Notes: a model not told the origin generated them from the letters alone. Counted from the stretch's first letter, positions 8,721 through 17,431 are shown. The stretch: 62,106 bases of DNA from Limisphaerales bacterium (GCA_052140285.1 JBKQUF010000168.1:1-62106); one strand, 5' to 3'. Translations and numbers: made by a program.

Positions 8721-10076
8721 ATGACGCCAAGTAGAATTGGCGTGCAGTTCGTCCCTGTCCGGAAGCCGGGGACGCCGCTGGTAGAGGATATGTCAGGTAG
8801 TGGCACATACGTTTCGCGCCCAAGCGTGTCCAACCGCATCATGGTGGTGGATGACGAAGAAATCGTATTGTCCGCGTTGCGCGAGACGCTGCGCCGGCAA
8901 AATTACGAAGTTACCGCCACGGCAGACCCCACGGCGGCGCTGCAGGAGTTGCGGGACGATTCGTTTGCGGTAATCATCGCCGACCAGCGGATGCCGGTAA
9001 TGAGCGGGCTGGAGCTGCTCAACCTCGCCCGTCAAATCCAACCGAACGCCACGCGCATCCTCATGGCCGGGGTTGTCAGCCTGGATACGGTCATTGACGC
9101 GATCAACACCGGCGAAATTTACCGGTTTATCGTCAAACCCTGGCTGCGGGAAGAATTGCTGGTGACGATCAAGAACGCGGTGCAACGGCACGAATTGGTC
9201 CAGCAAAATCTCCATCTCCAGACCGCCACGATGATGATGAACGGGCAATTGGTGGAACTGAACCATTCGCTGGAGGAACAGGTGAAACTGGTGGCGCGGC
9301 AGAACCAGCAACTGGCGCGAATGAACCAGACGCTCGAACAAAACCTGATGCGGTCCATGGAACTTTCCCTGCAAGCAGTCGAGACCTTTTATCCCACTCT
9401 GGGCGAACAGGGCCGCTTTGTGGCGCAGCTTTGCCGGCCCATGGCGCAACTTCAGGGATTGTCTGCGGCAGACTGCCGCGTGCTGGAGAGCGCCGCCCTC
9501 CTCCATGACATCGGGCTGGTGGGCACGCCGCGCTCGGTCATCCGCCGCTGGCGCGATAATCCCCGGGGGTTGAACCATTCCGAACGCGTCCTGATCGAAC
9601 AACATCCGATTTTGGGGCAGGAACTATCCGCGTTCGGGGATGGGCTGGAACAAGTGGGCACGCTGATCCGCGTGCATCACGAGCGGGTGGATGGGGGAGG
9701 GTATCCCGACCGCCTGGCGGGGGACAAAATTCCCTGGCTGGGGAAATTATTGGCGGTGGCGGTGGCGTTTGCCTCCAGCAAAATAGTGCGCGAGGACGCG
9801 ATTGAGGAAATCAAGATGCAGGCGAACGCGGCGTTCGACGCCGATGCCGTGCGGGTGTTTCTGCGCGCGCTGCCGCTGGTGCATGCGCCGCGCAAGGAAA
9901 AACAGGTGCCCATCTCCGATTTGCGTCCGGGAATGGTGCTGGCGCGGGGCATTTACGCGCCGAACGGTTTGTTGCTGGCGCCGGAGGGACAGCCATTAAA
10001 CAACAACTACATTGAGAAACTGCTTAATCAGGACCGGATCCAACCGATTAACCAATCGTTGGTTGTTTATTGTTGA
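8721..10076 (+). CDS. response regulator with HD-GYP domain (c-di-GMP phosphodiesterase type)
   Basis: REC domain (IMVVDDEEIVLSAL...VIIADQRMPVMSGLELL). HD-GYP motifs (LLHDIGLVG, HHERVDGGGYPDRL). The start is uncertain, with several in-frame Met before the REC domain. Confidence 0.85.
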   Translation: MTPSRIGVQFVPVRKPGTPLVEDMSGSGTYVSRPSVSNRIMVVDDEEIVLSALRETLRRQNYEVTATADPTAALQELRDDSFAVIIADQRMPVMSGLELLNLARQIQPNATRILMAGVVSLDTVIDAINTGEIYRFIVKPWLREELLVTIKNAVQRHELVQQNLHLQTATMMMNGQLVELNHSLEEQVKLVARQNQQLARMNQTLEQNLMRSMELSLQAVETFYPTLGEQGRFVAQLCRPMAQLQGLSAADCRVLESAALLHDIGLVGTPRSVIRRWRDNPRGLNHSERVLIEQHPILGQELSAFGDGLEQVGTLIRVHHERVDGGGYPDRLAGDKIPWLGKLLAVAVAFASSKIVREDAIEEIKMQANAAFDADAVRVFLRALPLVHAPRKEKQVPISDLRPGMVLARGIYAPNGLLLAPEGQPLNNNYIEKLLNQDRIQPINQSLVVYC

Positions 10077-10079
10077 GAT

Positions 10080-12377
10080 ATGACATCCTCCGCGGTCATT
10101 CCAGATCTGCCACGGGAAACCCCCAGGCAGGATTCACTTTTCCCGCAGGAATGGTGGCGCAGTTTTTTTGAGTCCTCCGAAGACCCCCAAGTGGTTTGCC
10201 GCGCGGATGGCGTGACTGTCAAAATGAATCCGCGGGCCGCGCGCCTGTTAAGGCTCGATCGCGTCGCGATGGAAGGCCATTTCTCCGTGCTCGACGCCCT
10301 GCAACCGCCGGCGAACGGCAAAATGCGCGAAGCCCTCCTCAATGGATGCACTCATTGCGACGTGCTCTATTCCGTGGCCGTGATGGCGGGGAACCGCGAA
10401 AGCGGGATGGCGGACATCGAACTGGCGCAACTGGACGAGCACCATACGCTGGTTACCTTCAAGGACGTGGCGCATCGGATGCGGCTGGAGACGCATGTCA
10501 ACCGGCTGGTCACCGCGATCGACGCCACGCCCGACGTTTTTTTCCTGACCGACGCCGAAGGGCGGATCACTTTTGTCAATCCCGCCTTCCACACCGTCAC
10601 CGGATACGGCATTGAAACCGTGCTGGAACGCACGGACGAGTTTCTACGATCGTCAACTGAAATGGAAAAGGTGCGCGCCTATCTCCAGCATGTGGCCGAG
10701 GGCCGCGAATGGATCGGCGAATTGACGAACCTGCGCAGCGACGGCACGCCCTACCAGGTGGAAGCCACCATCTCGCCGATCACGGATATTACGGGCCGCT
10801 ACATCGGTTATGTCGCCTGCGAGCGGGACATCACCGCGCGCAAGAAGCTGGAAGCCGATTTGCGCATCCAGCATGATTTTGTCCGCAGCATCCTGCATTC
10901 GCTGGATGGCGCCATTTACAGCCTGGACCGCGAGTTTCGCATCACCCACGCCAACGACGGCTGGCAGCGTTTTCCCCAGGAACACGCCGGCATCCGATTG
11001 GACGGCCCGCCGCAAATCGGGCGGCCATTATTGGATTACGTCGATGACACCCTGCGCCGTTCCGAACTGGCGGGCATGTTCACCGAAGTGTTGTCGAGCG
11101 GGCAGGCGGTGGAGAATCGTTTTCAGGCGCCGGACGGCCGGCATTGGGTGCTGAAAATCACGCCATGGATACATATTGGCCACGTGCGCGGGCTGATTTG
11201 CAACGTCACCGACCAGACGAAATATCACGACTTGCAGAACCAGTTGTTCCAATCGCAAAAAATGGAAATCATTGGCACGCTCGCGGCGGGTGTGGCCCAT
11301 GATTTCAACAATCTGCTGCAGGCCATCCGCGGGAACACGAGCCTGGTCATCATGCAGGCCCCGCAAAATTCCGATCTTCATCATTGGGGGGAACAAATCA
11401 ATCTGGCCGCCACCCGCGCCGCCGAGATCACCCAGCAACTGCTCTCGTTCAGCCGGCGGAGCGAGGAGAAACGCGTCGTCCTTGACCTGAACCAAATCAT
11501 CCATGACGCGGGCCAATTGGCCCGCCGCACCCTGCGGGCCAACATCAATCTGGAACTGGTCCCCGCGCCGGAAGCCATTCCGGTAAAGATCGAACTGAGC
11601 CGCGCCACGCAAACCCTGTTGAATCTCTGTGTCAACGCCCAGGACGCCATGCCGCAGGGCGGCACGCTGACCATCAGCAATTCAATCGTCGTGGTGCCGG
11701 ATGAACTCGCCCGACGGCATAAGCTGGCCGCGGGCGGCGAGTTTGCGCGATGCAGCGTCGCCGATACCGGCTGTGGGATTCCCGCCAACACGTTGCCGCG
11801 GATTTTTGAGGCGTTCTTCTCCACCAAGGAAAAAGGGCATGGCACGGGGCTGGGACTGTCGATTGTGGACCGCATCCTGCGCGAAGCCGGAGGATATGTG
11901 GAAGTGGAAAGCACCGTGGGCCGCGGCACGACGTTTTACCTTTATTTTCCGATTTCGCGCGAGAATGTCGCCGCCACGGCGAGGCCATCCGAGCCGTCGC
12001 TACCGCATGGCAAGGGAACGGTTTTGGTGGTGGACGATCTCGACCTGCTCCGCGATTTTGCGAAGACCTTTCTGGAAGCGGCCGGGCTGACGGTGCTGGT
12101 GGCGGCCTCCGGCAAGGAAGCGCTCCTGGTTCTGGAGAAGAAAAAAGGCGCGGTGGACATTTTGTTCACGGATTACAGCATGCCTGGCATGAACGGGTCC
12201 GACCTGATCGAACAGGTGTCGGTTCGCTGGCCGGCGATCCGGCCCGTGCTCGCCTCGGGTTATCTGGAAGATCCGATCGTTGACCGGCTCAAGGGTTTAA
12301 AGGCCGAAGTTCTGGCGAAACCGTATGAAATGCAGGAAGCCGCCAAAATCCTGATCGGTTTGCTGCCCAAACATTGA
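10080..12377 (+). CDS. hybrid sensor histidine kinase (PAS-PAS-HisKA-HATPase-REC)
   Basis: PAS-like repeats (FFLTDAEGRITFVNPAF, ERDITARKKLE). H-box AAGVAHDFNNLLQAI. ATPase G-boxes (DTGCGI, GTGLGLSIV). C-terminal receiver (VLVVDDLDLL...FTDYSMPGMNG). Starts 3 nt after the regulator gene. Confidence 0.9.
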   Translation: MTSSAVIPDLPRETPRQDSLFPQEWWRSFFESSEDPQVVCRADGVTVKMNPRAARLLRLDRVAMEGHFSVLDALQPPANGKMREALLNGCTHCDVLYSVAVMAGNRESGMADIELAQLDEHHTLVTFKDVAHRMRLETHVNRLVTAIDATPDVFFLTDAEGRITFVNPAFHTVTGYGIETVLERTDEFLRSSTEMEKVRAYLQHVAEGREWIGELTNLRSDGTPYQVEATISPITDITGRYIGYVACERDITARKKLEADLRIQHDFVRSILHSLDGAIYSLDREFRITHANDGWQRFPQEHAGIRLDGPPQIGRPLLDYVDDTLRRSELAGMFTEVLSSGQAVENRFQAPDGRHWVLKITPWIHIGHVRGLICNVTDQTKYHDLQNQLFQSQKMEIIGTLAAGVAHDFNNLLQAIRGNTSLVIMQAPQNSDLHHWGEQINLAATRAAEITQQLLSFSRRSEEKRVVLDLNQIIHDAGQLARRTLRANINLELVPAPEAIPVKIELSRATQTLLNLCVNAQDAMPQGGTLTISNSIVVVPDELARRHKLAAGGEFARCSVADTGCGIPANTLPRIFEAFFSTKEKGHGTGLGLSIVDRILREAGGYVEVESTVGRGTTFYLYFPISRENVAATARPSEPSLPHGKGTVLVVDDLDLLRDFAKTFLEAAGLTVLVAASGKEALLVLEKKKGAVDILFTDYSMPGMNGSDLIEQVSVRWPAIRPVLASGYLEDPIVDRLKGLKAEVLAKPYEMQEAAKILIGLLPKH

Positions 12378-13011
12378 ATGGGAGGGGGAAGTGAACAGGG
12401 CTGAAGCCAAACCCTCCCGCCGTTGCGACACGGCTAAAAAATGGCTTTTTTCCATTTTCAGGTTCAAGGCGTGTTAATGCCTTCAAATTCTCCAAGGTTT
12501 TTGATCATGTTTTTATTTGCGTTGAACTCCAAATTGCAGTCGCTAGAACCAGATGGGTGACTGAACGGATCGCCTCTCGTGAGGCATCCGAAATCGAGCG
12601 ATGAAATAACAGGCTCGGATCAAAGTCTTTGAAGCCCAAGCTCAAATGGCCCGACGGACCCGAAGAAAAAGCGGGAACGGACACGTTTTTGTCGTTTACA
12701 TCCGCCTTAATGGGTGCCCCCTTTACAACAAACACAAACAATTAAATTCCACTGATTACCAATAGGTTGCGTCAAAGCCGAGAAAAAGAGTTTGACAACC
12801 TCGCGTCATCTTGGAAACTGGCGGGCGCAGCTTATGAAACAATTCGTTACACGCTGTTTTTCCAATGCGCCAATGCGCCAATAGCGGGCGGAATTCCTGT
12901 CTCCAAAGTTCCCGTCCGAGTTTCCGAACCGACACGCCGCGCCTTCGCCATGGCCTATTGCGAGATCAAAGTTACAAATTCGGGCAAGGGGTGAAATTAT
13001 TGCTGCCAATC

Positions 13012-14085
13012 ATGAAAGACTCCATTCATAAGACATTTGAGTGTGTGGCGACATTTTGCTTCTTATCTCTGAATTTGGTTTCTGCACAGACCTCCGGACA
13101 GCCAGCCGAAACCCCAAGCATTTTCCAGCTAATCACAAATTGTCCGCCGATCACTGATCTTGTCTTCAAATATCATTTCGGCGTGGAGCCGGCAGAACTG
13201 TATGAATTCAGGCACCAGTCGAATGCATTTTTTGTCCGCATCACGATGGGTGACTCGTTTAACAAAGAGTTTTCATTGCAGGATACAGAATGCGCCCGCT
13301 GGGGCGATGATTATTGGTGCTACACCTATGCGCCACCGCCCAGAGCGGGTTTGCAACCCCCGCCTCCGGTGCTAAATAAGTATCGGTACGATTCAAATGA
13401 TTTGTATTCAATCGCATATCAATCCGTAGATAGATATCTGCTAACACGGCTCCGTCTTTTTACCAGTTTGGGAATTGCAGGAGATAGTGCGCCGGGCATT
13501 TTGTTAACGGATCCAGAAAATAAGAGAATCGTGTATGAGGTATTGAGGCAGGGAATTACGATAACTGCGGCACTTGACTACTCAAATTCCCTTCCGGCGC
13601 GATCTGATATCAAAATGATAATGGCTGACGGCAAGGTTCTGAATGGAAGAGTGCTGTATCGCTATAAACCAGGCATCGCCAACGGACGCATCCCTGCCTA
13701 TATAGAGGATAATGGCGGTGAATCAATTGAGGTTATGAGGCTTTCGTTCGGGCAGACAAATGAGCCAATGGGAAAAGAGTTATTTGCGCCCCCTCTCGAG
13801 TTGCTTGCCATGCGCAATCTTCAAGAGGTCGTTCACTCGAATAACGCAGAGTATTATTACCAGCATGGACGCCTTGTATATCACCATGGCGATGCTCAAG
13901 CCGACCGCGCCAAATTTTCGCAGATGGCCGAAAATGCGTTGAATTCGGGCATCGGGATGAGTGAAGATGCCGATGCGACAATACCAAGGAAGTATGTTCT
14001 TGCCATCATGATTGGATTTTCTGTGTTGTCTCTGGTGTTTATACTCAGGTTGAGCTACCACAGAAAGAAACAACGGTCTGGTTAA
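13012..14085 (+). CDS. hypothetical secreted protein with C-terminal membrane anchor
   Basis: ATG 13012 gives a signal-peptide-like start MKDSIHKTFECVATFCFLSLNLVSAQ. C-terminal TM plus a basic tail (YVLAIMIGFSVLSLVFILRLSYHRKKQRSG). Lies in the AT-rich island. No family recognised. Confidence 0.6.
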   Translation: MKDSIHKTFECVATFCFLSLNLVSAQTSGQPAETPSIFQLITNCPPITDLVFKYHFGVEPAELYEFRHQSNAFFVRITMGDSFNKEFSLQDTECARWGDDYWCYTYAPPPRAGLQPPPPVLNKYRYDSNDLYSIAYQSVDRYLLTRLRLFTSLGIAGDSAPGILLTDPENKRIVYEVLRQGITITAALDYSNSLPARSDIKMIMADGKVLNGRVLYRYKPGIANGRIPAYIEDNGGESIEVMRLSFGQTNEPMGKELFAPPLELLAMRNLQEVVHSNNAEYYYQHGRLVYHHGDAQADRAKFSQMAENALNSGIGMSEDADATIPRKYVLAIMIGFSVLSLVFILRLSYHRKKQRSG

Positions 14086-14116
14086 CAGTTGAACCAATAG
14101 AAAGGACAGCAAACAT

Positions 14117-14524
14117 ATGAAAACACATATATTAGTGGCGGGCGGAATGATGCTCGTGTCTATGGCGATAGCCTATGCAGCTTGCACGGTTTCAATAACC
14201 GTTAACTGCGCCAACCCACCGTTGGGCTGCGGGCAGACGGGCCAAGCGACTGATCGTTGCGGGGACACAATCACAAAAACTGGATTGTGTGTAAACTCAG
14301 TTCCTACCAAACCGTTTGCGCAATGGCAAGATTCGGATGGCTTAGACAGCTATACAGAATATTCAATGCAGTGTTCTGTATGGGCCGGTAACTACTATGT
14401 TATACTGCCGAGCACATGCTGTGGGATATTCAACCCGTGTGGCGCAATTCTATCATTTTATGTTTATGGTTCTCCGGAGACGGCAGCATACCCGAGCGGC
14501 AATCAGTGTTCCGTTGGCGGCTAA
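14117..14524 (+). CDS. small secreted cysteine-rich protein (10 Cys)
   Basis: 135 aa. Signal peptide MKTHILVAGGMMLVSMAIAYA. 10 Cys including CC at 101-102. Lies 31 nt after the previous gene and 20 nt before the next. RBS-like aaaggacagcaaacat precedes the ATG. Confidence 0.6.
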   Translation: MKTHILVAGGMMLVSMAIAYAACTVSITVNCANPPLGCGQTGQATDRCGDTITKTGLCVNSVPTKPFAQWQDSDGLDSYTEYSMQCSVWAGNYYVILPSTCCGIFNPCGAILSFYVYGSPETAAYPSGNQCSVGG

Positions 14525-14544
14525 ATAGGTGAGGGTCAAGCCGC

Positions 14545-15054
14545 ATGCCAAAAGGTCATACACGGAGAAATTCTAAATTACCGTTGGCCATGCAAAACTT
14601 TCGGTGGTTTAACATAACGGCTGGAGTAGTGTTTTCTGCAACCGGAGTCGCTAAAATAATAAGTGCCTTTGGGAAAACGCCGGACTTGACGTTAACAGAC
14701 CCGATTTTTGACATTCAATTTAGAAAGTTGATGTTGTCAGCCGGTTTGGCTGAAATCATTTTGGCATTGCTTTGCTTTCAAAAGAAAAACCAAAATCGGG
14801 CGTTGGGGCTGACCGCGTGGATGGCGCTTAATTATTTGTTGTATCATGTGGGAGAATATCTTTTGCATTGGCATAAACCGTGCATATGCATGGGGTATTT
14901 GGCAGAAGGATTTCATATGCCTGCGTGGTTTTCAGAGTGGCTATCCGAGGCCTTAGTTATCTATCTGATTATCGGCAGCTATGGGATGCTCTCCCTACAG
15001 TGGTGGAAAAGGAGAGCAGAAGAAAGAACGGCGAATCAAGCGATGAAATTATAA
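14545..15054 (+). CDS. four-TM membrane protein, MauE/DoxX-like with C-x-C motif
   Basis: Four predicted TMs (ITAGVVFSATGVAKIISAF, LMLSAGLAEIILALLCF, LGLTAWMALNYLLYHVG, LSEALVIYLIIGSYGMLSL). HKPCICMGY after TM3 resembles the CGCFG-type motif recalled for MauE/DoxX redox-associated membrane proteins. The start could instead be Met16 (14590). Confidence 0.5.
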   Translation: MPKGHTRRNSKLPLAMQNFRWFNITAGVVFSATGVAKIISAFGKTPDLTLTDPIFDIQFRKLMLSAGLAEIILALLCFQKKNQNRALGLTAWMALNYLLYHVGEYLLHWHKPCICMGYLAEGFHMPAWFSEWLSEALVIYLIIGSYGMLSLQWWKRRAEERTANQAMKL

Positions 15055-15072
15055 AGTCAGTTCTAGATATTG

Positions 15073-15240
15073 TCATATTAGATTGCGGATGTTTGTTTTT
15101 TTGCGCCCTGTCCCGGCAGTCAGACAAGATACCTGCTGGCTGCCCATGTTCAGCCGCTCCGCAATCCAAGCTGGCGGCATCGTCGTTTTTTCCCCGCAAG
15201 TCGCGCGCTTCATGGTAATGTTGGCCTTTTTCAACTGACA
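15073..15240 (-). pseudogene. relic of the C-terminal HTH tail typical of IS200/RayT-like (COG1943) transposase-family proteins of PVC bacteria
   Basis: The minus-strand frame reads CQLKKANITMKRATCGEKTTMPPAWIAERLNMGSQQVSCLTAGTGRKKTNIRNLI*. This resembles the recalled consensus ...RLRxETTMTLKWIAxRLHMGTxxxVSxxLY. No catalytic part is present upstream. Confidence 0.35.
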
Positions 15241-15392
15241 GTTTCGTTCTTACGCTTTTTGTCAAAAATTTACAAGACAATTTTCAAGGTCCCGGCAATG
15301 CAAAACTTGCGTTGCTCAGGGCAAAATTGGGATATTCTTCTTCGCTCTTCACCCTCCATTCTTCCTTCTGCATTCCCCCTTTTGCCTTCCGT

Positions 15393-15427
15393 TTTCTACT
15401 TTCTGCTTTCTGTTTTCTGCTTTGCAT
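15393..15427. repeat. 7-bp tandem repeat (TTTCTGC-like, 4 units plus 1 degenerate)
   Basis: tttctac tttctgc tttctgt tttctgc tttgcat, read directly. Confidence 0.8.
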
Positions 15428-15442
15428 TTCATGTTCCCCAGG

Positions 15443-15616
15443 AACATTACGCTTTCTTCCTTTTATGCTTAACTCGTCTCGATGCAACCGAAATTTCAGA
15501 TGGGGAGCGCAGCCGCCCCGGCTGCTGTTCGACGCGCCCCAGCGTCGAACCCTTCCGCACTGGTCGCGCCGAAACAAAGCGCCGACGGACATTCGCAACC
15601 AATCGTCGCGAACAAC
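15443..15616 (+). repeat. dispersed ~175-nt twin-hairpin element, copy A
   Basis: Collinear with 41927-42104. Shared blocks: AACATTAC, TGCTTAACTCG, GAAATTTCA, GGGGAGCGC, GCTGTTCGA, TCGAACCCTTCCG, ACATTCGC, TCGCGAACAAC. Hairpins: 15509-15525 (gcagcc/ggctgc) and 15527-15550 (gttcgacgc/gcgtcgaac). Confidence 0.75.
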
Positions 15617-15731
15617 CTTCAACTATTTCCGTCCCTTCAGTCCTTGTCCTTCAAAAACATCATTTTTATCAAACGAACCCAAATCGGACATGATTTTACT
15701 TTTTATGACACCATTTCCGCGCCCCAGATTG

Positions 15732-15763
15732 TCAGCGTTTCAGCGTTTCAGCGTTTCAGCTTT
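15732..15763. repeat. 8-bp tandem repeat (TCAGCGTT x3 plus a degenerate unit)
   Basis: tcagcgtt tcagcgtt tcagcgtt tcagcttt, read directly. Confidence 0.85.
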
Positions 15764-15770
15764 TGCCCTC

Positions 15771-15810
15771 AATCCAACCCAATCCAGGCTAATCCAACCT
15801 AATCCAAGCA
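15771..15810. repeat. 10-bp tandem repeat (AATCCAASCY x4)
   Basis: aatccaaccc aatccaggct aatccaacct aatccaagca, read directly. Confidence 0.85.
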
Positions 15811-15907
15811 TTTTTTTTCAATGAACCCGACGCCGAAAACCACTTGGGAGAGCGCCCACTCGTTGCAGTTTCCAACGCTTTTCCCCAATTCATCATTATT
15901 CCCCTTA

Positions 15908-15937
15908 TTTTACTCATGTTTACTCATGTTTACTCAT
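15908..15937. repeat. 10-bp tandem repeat (TTTACTCATG x3)
   Basis: tttactcatg tttactcatg tttactcatc, read directly. Confidence 0.85.
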
Positions 15938-16049
15938 CAATTTTTTATTTTGTCGTGTACCCTCCATCCAGTCGCTGGTTGAACTCAATCCGAACCCATC
16001 TGAGCCGCAAACGAACCCATCGCGAATGGGAAGCCTGCCCCTGCATTTT

Positions 16050-17402
16050 TCAGACACGCTCTTGGGAGAGTTTCAAGAGTTCCTCCTGGATTTTTCCGAT
16101 TTTGAGGACATGGAAATGTTCCGGCAGGTCGCGCATGGGGCCGGCGTCCAATTCCTTTGCGGAGGGGGGAACAACGACCAGCACGATCAAGGGTAAATTG
16201 AGGGCGCGCAATTTTTTGACGAAGTCCTTCCGGGGGCCGTCCCAGGATTGCAGCACGCAAATCACGCCACTCACGGCGGAGACATGGTTCAAGACCAGAC
16301 TTTCCAGGACGGAAAACGGCTTGTCGGCACAAGCATTGGCCGACGCGAGGATTTCCAACATCTGGTCGGCGTGGGCCAGTCCCCGGCCGGCGGTAAAGCA
16401 ATAGGTTTGCGCGCCGACGAAGAGAAGGTCCAGCAGCGACTCCTGGGTGATCAAGGTGCAGGCAAAGGAGGCGGCCACGGATATGGCCTCTTCGAGAAGC
16501 TGGCTGTACGGTTCGTCGGTAAAAGTATCGAGGACGAGGGCGTGGCGCACAAAGAATTCGTCTTCGAATTCCTTGACGATGGGCTTGCCGGCCTTGGCCC
16601 AGCTTCGCCAATGAATATGGCGCAAGGGATCACCGCGGCGATAGTCGCGAAGCGACACGAATTCCTCGCTGCGCCCGATGTTGGAGGCCAGGGAGACGCC
16701 GTTCTCCTGGTACTTCATGATGCCCGGCAAAGGCGCGGGGGAGAGGCGGTAACGTCGCGGCAGGATCAAAACGGCATCTACAGCCGGGGCTCTGGCATAG
16801 GAGCGAAACAAGCCGAAAGGATCGCTACGCGCCAGGGTAACGCCCGAAAGCCGGAGGACGCCACGCCGCAACGGCATAATTTCGACGCTGGCCTCGGCCT
16901 CGCCACGAGGCTCGATCGGGGCCAACTCGGCTTCCTTGAATTCGGCGAACTTGAACGGATTGAGATGGCGATTGCTGAGGCTGAACGGGGTCAGCTTTCG
17001 GTTCTCGGCCAGTTTATACGCCAGCCATTCATCGAAGGGCGGGCGCGGGTCGGCGGCGTCTTCGAGCAGGACCAATCCCTTTTGAGGTTGGGCGGTCAAA
17101 TTTCTGACCACCACGCGATAAGTCAACGGTTGTCCGGCGGTGCCAAAGCGCGGGATGATACGCGTGGCGGAGAATTTGCCGCCAAAAAACCAACTGCACG
17201 CCACCGCCACCATCAGGAGCACGGACAACAGCGTAAACATCTGGTAGGTGACGGTGTTCTCGGCATCGGCCCCGACCCAGAAAGCGACGAACGCGCTGCC
17301 CGCAACACACAACCCCGCGAACGTGAACCGCCGCCGCATCCAGTGCATCAGCGACGAAACGCGGCGGTAAGAGTCATAAACGATTTTATATATCGGCCTC
17401 AC
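16050..17402 (-). CDS. DUF58 family protein with N-terminal TM helices
   Basis: Two N-terminal TMs (FAGLCVAGSAFVAFWV, MFTLLSVLLMVAVACSWFF). DUF58 block FVSLRDYRRGDPLRHIHWRSWAKAGKPIVKEFEDE. Follows the MoxR gene by 29 nt. Confidence 0.85.
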   Translation of the reverse strand: MRPIYKIVYDSYRRVSSLMHWMRRRFTFAGLCVAGSAFVAFWVGADAENTVTYQMFTLLSVLLMVAVACSWFFGGKFSATRIIPRFGTAGQPLTYRVVVRNLTAQPQKGLVLLEDAADPRPPFDEWLAYKLAENRKLTPFSLSNRHLNPFKFAEFKEAELAPIEPRGEAEASVEIMPLRRGVLRLSGVTLARSDPFGLFRSYARAPAVDAVLILPRRYRLSPAPLPGIMKYQENGVSLASNIGRSEEFVSLRDYRRGDPLRHIHWRSWAKAGKPIVKEFEDEFFVRHALVLDTFTDEPYSQLLEEAISVAASFACTLITQESLLDLLFVGAQTYCFTAGRGLAHADQMLEILASANACADKPFSVLESLVLNHVSAVSGVICVLQSWDGPRKDFVKKLRALNLPLIVLVVVPPSAKELDAGPMRDLPEHFHVLKIGKIQEELLKLSQERV

Positions 17403-17431
17403 AAATTTCGCATCGCCCGCCGGGGTTGGGA

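Noticed and set aside
12380-12434. Hairpins after the hybrid kinase stop (gggaggg...ccctccc with a 25-nt loop; gccgt-tgcgac-acggc) as a rho-independent terminator.
   Set aside because: There is a long loop or short stem, and no T-run immediately downstream. This is too weak to call.
12505-12994. ORFs 12505-12741(-) and 12767-12994(+) in the AT-rich spacer before the three-gene module.
   Set aside because: No recognisable motifs, a non-ATG or weak start context, and odd composition. They cannot be supported from sequence alone and may be gene debris.
15259-16404. Track ORFs 15259-15693, 15312-15824, 15482-15802, 15284-15622(-) and 15844-16404 as possible genes, and the repeats as a possible CRISPR array.
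   Set aside because: The translations are direct read-outs of microsatellites and of the dispersed element. The repeats are contiguous 7-10-bp units without spacers, so this is not CRISPR, and no cas genes occur in the window.
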